Positions 60,496 through 64,000 of a DNA stretch of 64,000 nt are shown here, in pieces (position 1 is the first letter of the stretch; every line of letters starts with the position of its first letter). The stretch spans positions 7,812,001 through 7,876,000 of the forward strand of contig OZ024764.1 in the NCBI GenBank assembly GCA_964016885.1. Direction: 5' to 3'. Both the position numbers and the translations under genes were made by a program. Source of the stretch: Eledone cirrhosa (taxonomy: Eukaryota). The notes below the pieces were generated by a model. The model worked only from the letters and a program-made list of their open reading frames with translations, ran no database searches and had not been told where the DNA came from.

Positions 60496-63404
60496 GGTGT
60501 ATATATATATGTAGGTATGTATGTATATATTTATATATATGTAGGTATATTTATATATATGTAGGTATATTTATATATATATGTATATATATATATGTAG
60601 GTGTGTATGTATATATTTATATATATATGTAGGTGTCTATATGTATCCATGACATCTCTCTGTAGGTGATGCACTAATTGATGAATGGATCATGGAGAGA
60701 ATTATTGAAGAGCTAGAGAACCAGGTAAGATGGATTATCTCCCTTCATTCAGCCTTCTCTTGGCTGTAGCTTGTTATGGAATAATGTCTGTTAAGGTGGT
60801 ATGTGTTTGTGTGTGTGGCTATAAATGTAGTGTGTGGTGGTGTGGTGTTGTGTTATGATGGTGGTGGTGTAGTGTTATGGTGTGGTGGTGGTGGTATATG
60901 GTGTAGTGTATGGTGTAGTGATGGTGGTATATGTAGTGTGTGTGATGGTGGAGTGTAGTGGTGGTGGTATATGTAGTGTGTAGTGGTGGTGGTATATGTA
61001 GTGTGTAGTGGTGGTGGTATATGCAGTGTGTGTGATGGTGGAGTGTAGTGGTGGAGGTATATGCAGTGTGTGTGATGGTGGTATATGTAGTGTTGTGTGA
61101 TGGTATAGTGTAGTGGTGTAGTGTTAAGTAACCGTCTGTCTGTGTGTCTTTCAGTGCCATGATACGATGCAGAAAACTATCAAAACAGAGGAAGGCCTTG
61201 GTATTGAGTACGATGAAGATGTGATATGTGATGTGTGTCATTCGGTAAGTCTTGCCTACGTCTACCTTGATGTAAAGGGCTGGAGAAAACAATGTGAAAT
61301 AAAGTGTCTTGTTCAAGGACACGTGGATTGGAGCAATGTGAAATAAAGTGTCTTGCTCAAGGATACAGTGGACTGGAGTAATGTGAAATAAAGTGTCTTG
61401 TTCAAGGACACGTGGATTGGAGCAATGTGAAATAAAGTGTCTTGCTTAAGGATACAGTGGACTGGAGCAATGTGAAATAAAGTGTCTTGCTTAAGGACAC
61501 AGTGGACTGGAGCAATGTGAAATAAAGTGTCTTGCTTAAGGACACGTGGATTGGAGCAATGTGAAATAAAGTGTCTTGCTTAAGGATACAGTGGACTGGA
61601 GCAATGTGAAATAAAGTGTCTTGCTTAAGGACACAGTGGACTGGAGCAATGTGAAATAAAGTGTCTTGCTCAAGGACACAGTGGACTGGAGCAATGTGAA
61701 ATAAAGTGTCTTGCTTAAGGATACAGTGGACTGGAGCAATGTGAAATAAAGTGTCTTGCTCAAGGACACAGTGGACTGGAGCAATGTGAAATAAAGTGTC
61801 TTGCTTAAGGACACAGTGGACTGGAGTAATGTGAAATAAAGTGTCTTGCTCAAGGACACAGTGGACTGGAGCAATGTGAAATAAAGTGTCTTGCTCAAGG
61901 ATACAGTGGACTGGAGCAATGTGAAATAAAGTGTCTTGCTTAAGGACACAGTGGACTGGAGCAATGTGAAATAAAGTGTCTTGCTCAAGGACACAGTGGA
62001 CTGGAGCAATGTGAAATAAAGTGTCTTGCTCAAGGATACAGTGGACTGGAGCAATGTGAAATAAAGTGTCTTGCTTAAGGACACAGTGGACTGGAGCAAT
62101 GTGAAATAAAGTGTCTTGCTCAAGGACACAGTGGACTGGAGCAATGTGAAATAAAGTGTCTTGCTCAAGGACACAGTGGACTGGAGCAATGTGAAATAAA
62201 GTGTCTTGCTCAAGGATACAGTGGACTGGAGCAATGTGAAATAAAGTGTCTTGCTTAAGGACACAGTGGACTGGAGCAATGTGAAATAAAGTGTCTTGCT
62301 CAAGGACACAGTGGACTGGAGCAATGTGAAATAAAGTGTCTTGCTCAAGGATACAGTGGACTGGAGCAATGTGAAATAAAGTGTCTTGCTTAAGGACACA
62401 GTGGACTGGAGCAATGTGAAATAAAGTGTCTTGCTTAAGGACACAGTGGACTGGAGCAATGTGAAATAAAGTGTCTTGCTCAAGGACACAGTGGACTGGA
62501 GCAATGTGAAATAAAGTGTCTTGCTCAAGGATACAGTGGACTGGAGCAATGTGAAATAAAGTGTCTTGCTCAAGGATACAGTGGACTGGAGCAATGTGAA
62601 ATAAAGTGTCTTGCTCAAGGATACAGTGGACTGGAGCAATGTGAAATAAAGTGTCTTGCTCAAGGATACAGTGGACTGGAGCAATGTGAAATAAAGTGTC
62701 TTGCTCAAGGACACAGTGGACTGGAGCAATGTGAAATAAAGTGTCTTGCTTAAGGACACAGTGGACTGGAGTAATGTGAAATAAAGTGTCTTGCTCAAGG
62801 ACACAGTGGACTGGAGCAATGTGAAATAAAGTGTCTTGCTCAAGGATACAGTGGACTGGAGCAATGTGAAATAAAGTGTCTTGCTCAAGGATACAGTGGA
62901 CTGGAGCAATGTGAAATAAAGTGTCTTGCTCAAGGATACAGTGGACTGGAGCAACGTGAAATAAAGTGTCTTGCTCAAGGATACAGTGGACTGGAGCAAT
63001 GTGAAATAAAGTGTCTTGCTGAAGGATGTAATGGACTGGAGCAACATGAAACAATGTATCTTGCTCAAGGATACAGTGGACTGGATCAATGTGAAATAAA
63101 GTGTCTTGCTCAAGGACACTGAACTGGAGTAATGTGAAATAAAGTCTCTTGCTTAAGGTTACAGTGGACTGGAGTAATGTGAGATAAAGTGTCTTGCTCA
63201 AGGTCACAGTGGAATGGAGCAATGTGAGATAAAGTATTTTACTCAGAGTACAACATACTGTGGTAAATGAACTCAGAACTGTACCCTAACCACAAAGCCA
63301 TATACATACTTGTTCTTACCTCTCTCTTCTGTATTTTCCAGCCAGACAGTGAAGAAAACAATGAGATGGTATTTTGTGATGGATGTGATATCTGTGTACA
63401 CCAG
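45484..63404 (+). CDS. JADE: JADE family (Jade-1/2/3, PHF15/16/17, rhinoceros-like) HBO1-complex scaffold, 5' part, 252 aa: join(45484-45529,46948-47010,49904-49971,54306-54463,56289-56327,58238-58407,60666-60724,61155-61244,63342-63404), continues beyond the window
   Basis: GT-AG introns with consistent phases. [43 protein letters not shown] (EPC/EPL1-like) and [40 protein letters not shown] (start of PHD1) are diagnostic JADE motifs. Confidence 0.92.
45910..46910 (-). mobile_element. CR1-like LINE 3' fragment with 61-bp array, ~11-12 copies
   Basis: [35 protein letters not shown]; array ~45915-46630. Confidence 0.85.
46948..47010 (+). CDS. JADE: JADE exon 2 ([21 protein letters not shown])
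   Basis: TTCCAG acceptor, GTAAGT donor; KR.RL.SS recalls the JADE N-terminus. Confidence 0.72.
47059..47722. repeat. TTAACCCTT...AAGGGTTAA MITE-like element followed by a 116-bp tandem array, ~5 copies
   Basis: Each unit contains the AAAGGGTTAA end plus ~20 bp of adjacent sequence. Confidence 0.75.
47735..49830 (-). mobile_element. RTE-like LINE fragment (family 2) with 65-bp array, ~27 copies
   Basis: [23 protein letters not shown] on the minus strand; array ~47945-49702. Confidence 0.85.
49904..49971 (+). CDS. JADE: JADE exon 3 ([23 protein letters not shown])
   Basis: TTCAG acceptor, GAG|GTAAGG donor; KPAE joins LFRKDLI as in the JADE KP.E.FR.DLI motif. Confidence 0.82.
50020..50820. 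repeat. Degenerate CT-rich ~30-bp minisatellite (CCTTCCAAGTCATTTCCAGCCATCTCTCT)n
   Basis: Direct observation. Confidence 0.85.
51714..52175. repeat. Near-perfect palindrome, ~220-bp arms, Penelope pLTR-like
   Basis: Left and right arms are reverse complements except a short indel and a ~24-nt duplication next to the centre GAACTGGAGTCAT|ATGACTCCAGTTC. Confidence 0.9.
52073..52127 (+). ncRNA. Minimal type I hammerhead ribozyme motif (mirror copy 51765-51819 on -)
   Basis: ACTGC-CTGAAGA-GGTCACAGCCA-AAGA-TGGCTGTCACT-GAAA-TATAT-ATA-GCAGT: stem I, core, stem II with one mismatch, minimal palindromic stem III. Confidence 0.6.
52690..53030 (+). mobile_element. SINE family A copy
   Basis: Near-identical to 19902-20236. 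Confidence 0.88.
53189..53252 (+). ncRNA. Minimal type I hammerhead ribozyme motif
   Basis: ATTTTAT-CTGATGA-GGACGTACTG..CAGTACCTCT-GAAA-TATGT-ATA-ATAAAAT. Confidence 0.52.
53670..54142. repeat. 72-bp MITE-derived array, ~6 copies, ending GGTTAA
   Basis: Same unit as 23465-24257. Confidence 0.82.
54306..54463 (+). CDS. JADE: JADE exon 4 ([52 protein letters not shown])
   Basis: Diagnostic [15 protein letters not shown] motif; canonical splice sites. Confidence 0.95.
56289..56327 (+). CDS. JADE: JADE exon 5, 39-nt micro-exon ([13 protein letters not shown])
   Basis: TTTTACAG acceptor, GTAAGT donor, phase 2-2. Confidence 0.75.
56440..56819. repeat. 108-bp tandem repeat, ~3.5 copies
   Basis: ACACTATGACTACAT recurs near 56445, 56547, 56655, 56763. 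Confidence 0.85.
56820..58151. repeat. 95-bp minisatellite, ~14 copies
   Basis: Unit CTGATCTGATGATCAGCTCC...CATTGTTTCCTTGGT; a single diverged inverted homologue at ~32900-32975. Confidence 0.9.
58238..58407 (+). CDS. JADE: JADE exon 6 ([14 protein letters not shown]...[22 protein letters not shown])
   Basis: EPC/EPL1-like YDLD..D..WL motif; TTTGCAG acceptor and GTAAGT donor. Confidence 0.92.
58688..58955 (+). mobile_element. RTE-like LINE (family 1) 3' fragment
   Basis: Homologous to 22145-22415. Confidence 0.8.
58960..59150 (+). mobile_element. SINE family B copy
   Basis: Homologous to 7803-7995. Confidence 0.8.
59160..59651 (+). mobile_element. Degenerate pogo/Tigger-family transposase 3' fragment with terminus
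   Basis: [15 protein letters not shown] and [16 protein letters not shown] motifs; ends GTCTTATA..AAAATACTG-TA. Confidence 0.68.
59709..60040 (+). mobile_element. SINE family A copy
   Basis: Near-identical to 19902-20236. Confidence 0.88.
60666..60724 (+). CDS. JADE: JADE exon 7 ([20 protein letters not shown])
   Basis: DE..MER..EE.E motif of JADE; canonical splice sites. Confidence 0.9.
61155..61244 (+). CDS. JADE: JADE exon 8 ([30 protein letters not shown])
   Basis: Diagnostic [16 protein letters not shown]. Confidence 0.95.
61275..63238. repeat. 45-bp minisatellite derived from SINE family A, ~43 copies
   Basis: Reverse complement of the unit matches CCTTGAGCAAGACACTTTATTTCACATTGCTCCAGT in the SINE at 52690; fills almost the entire intron. 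Confidence 0.9.
63342..63404 (+). CDS. JADE: JADE exon 9 ([21 protein letters not shown]), PHD finger 1
   Basis: NEMVFCD.C.ICVHQ motif; canonical splice sites. Confidence 0.95.
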
Positions 63405-63419
63405 GTAATTAATTTTTCT

Positions 63420-64000
63420 TCTTCTCCACCCACCAATTCCTGAGAGTGTCGTGGTGGCAGTCCTCAAATGGGTCCTGTCAGAAGCAACCATCTCCAACTG
63501 ATCCAGCTGGATCCCCAAGAGAGACCAGCCAAGCTCATGGATGTTATCCAGCCATCTTGCTCTGGGTCTCCTACCGGTTGGTTTCGCCCATAAAATCTAT
63601 CCAGCAATTCTTTCCTGAGACATTCTAACCACACGTCTGTAGTATCAGAGCTGTGATCTCTTAATTCAGAGATTCTTTCCTGAGACATTCTAACCACATG
63701 TCTGTAGTATCAGAGCTGTGATCTCTCAATTCGGAGATTCTTTCTTGAGACATTCTAACCACATGTCTGTAGTATCAGAGCTGTGATCTCTTAATTCAGA
63801 GATTCTTTCCTGAGACATTCTAACCACATGTCTGTAGTATCAGAGCTGTGATCTCTCAATTCGGAGATTCTTTCTTGAGACATTCTAACCCCATGTCTGT
63901 AGTATCAGAGCTGTGATCTCTCAATCCAGAGGTTCTTTCCCAAGACATTCTAACCTCATACCCATAGCTGTGAGCTCCAGGTAGAGCCACTACTTCTCCG
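63420..64000 (-). mobile_element. RTE-like LINE fragment (family 2) with 65-bp array, ~5.5 copies
   Basis: Homologous to 11770-12575 and 47735-49830. Confidence 0.82.

Noticed and set aside
61402-63222. 606-aa and 527-aa minus-strand ORFs
   Set aside because: The 45-bp SINE-derived unit is a multiple of 3 and lacks stops in these frames by chance.

Overview
Eukaryotic, repeat-dense genomic DNA, most consistent with an octopod cephalopod (inferred from pervasive (TA)n microsatellites, the SINE/RTE/CR1 repertoire and a C2H2 zinc-finger gene; not proven). I reconstructed three + strand protein-coding genes by hand. (1) A single-ORF 2084-aa C2H2 zinc-finger protein (454-6708) with 9 fingers and three in-frame coding minisatellite arrays rich in SUMO-consensus motifs. 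(2) A complete 7-exon CCDC74-like gene (17044-28343, 511 aa) with candidate RFX X-boxes upstream. (3) The first 9 coding exons of a JADE/PHF15-17 (rhinoceros-like) gene (45484-63404), which runs off the window. Most other ORFs in the track are repeat artefacts. The most striking non-genic pattern is that many minisatellite arrays (45, 48, 61, 65, 72, 80, 92, 95 bp units) are internal segments of LINEs, SINEs or MITEs amplified in tandem, often between short microhomologies and with different copy numbers at different insertions of the same element. The window also holds minimal hammerhead-ribozyme motifs, a ~460-bp near-perfect palindrome and several fold-back elements embedded in (TA)n that look Penelope-like. 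Coordinates and copy numbers were counted by eye.
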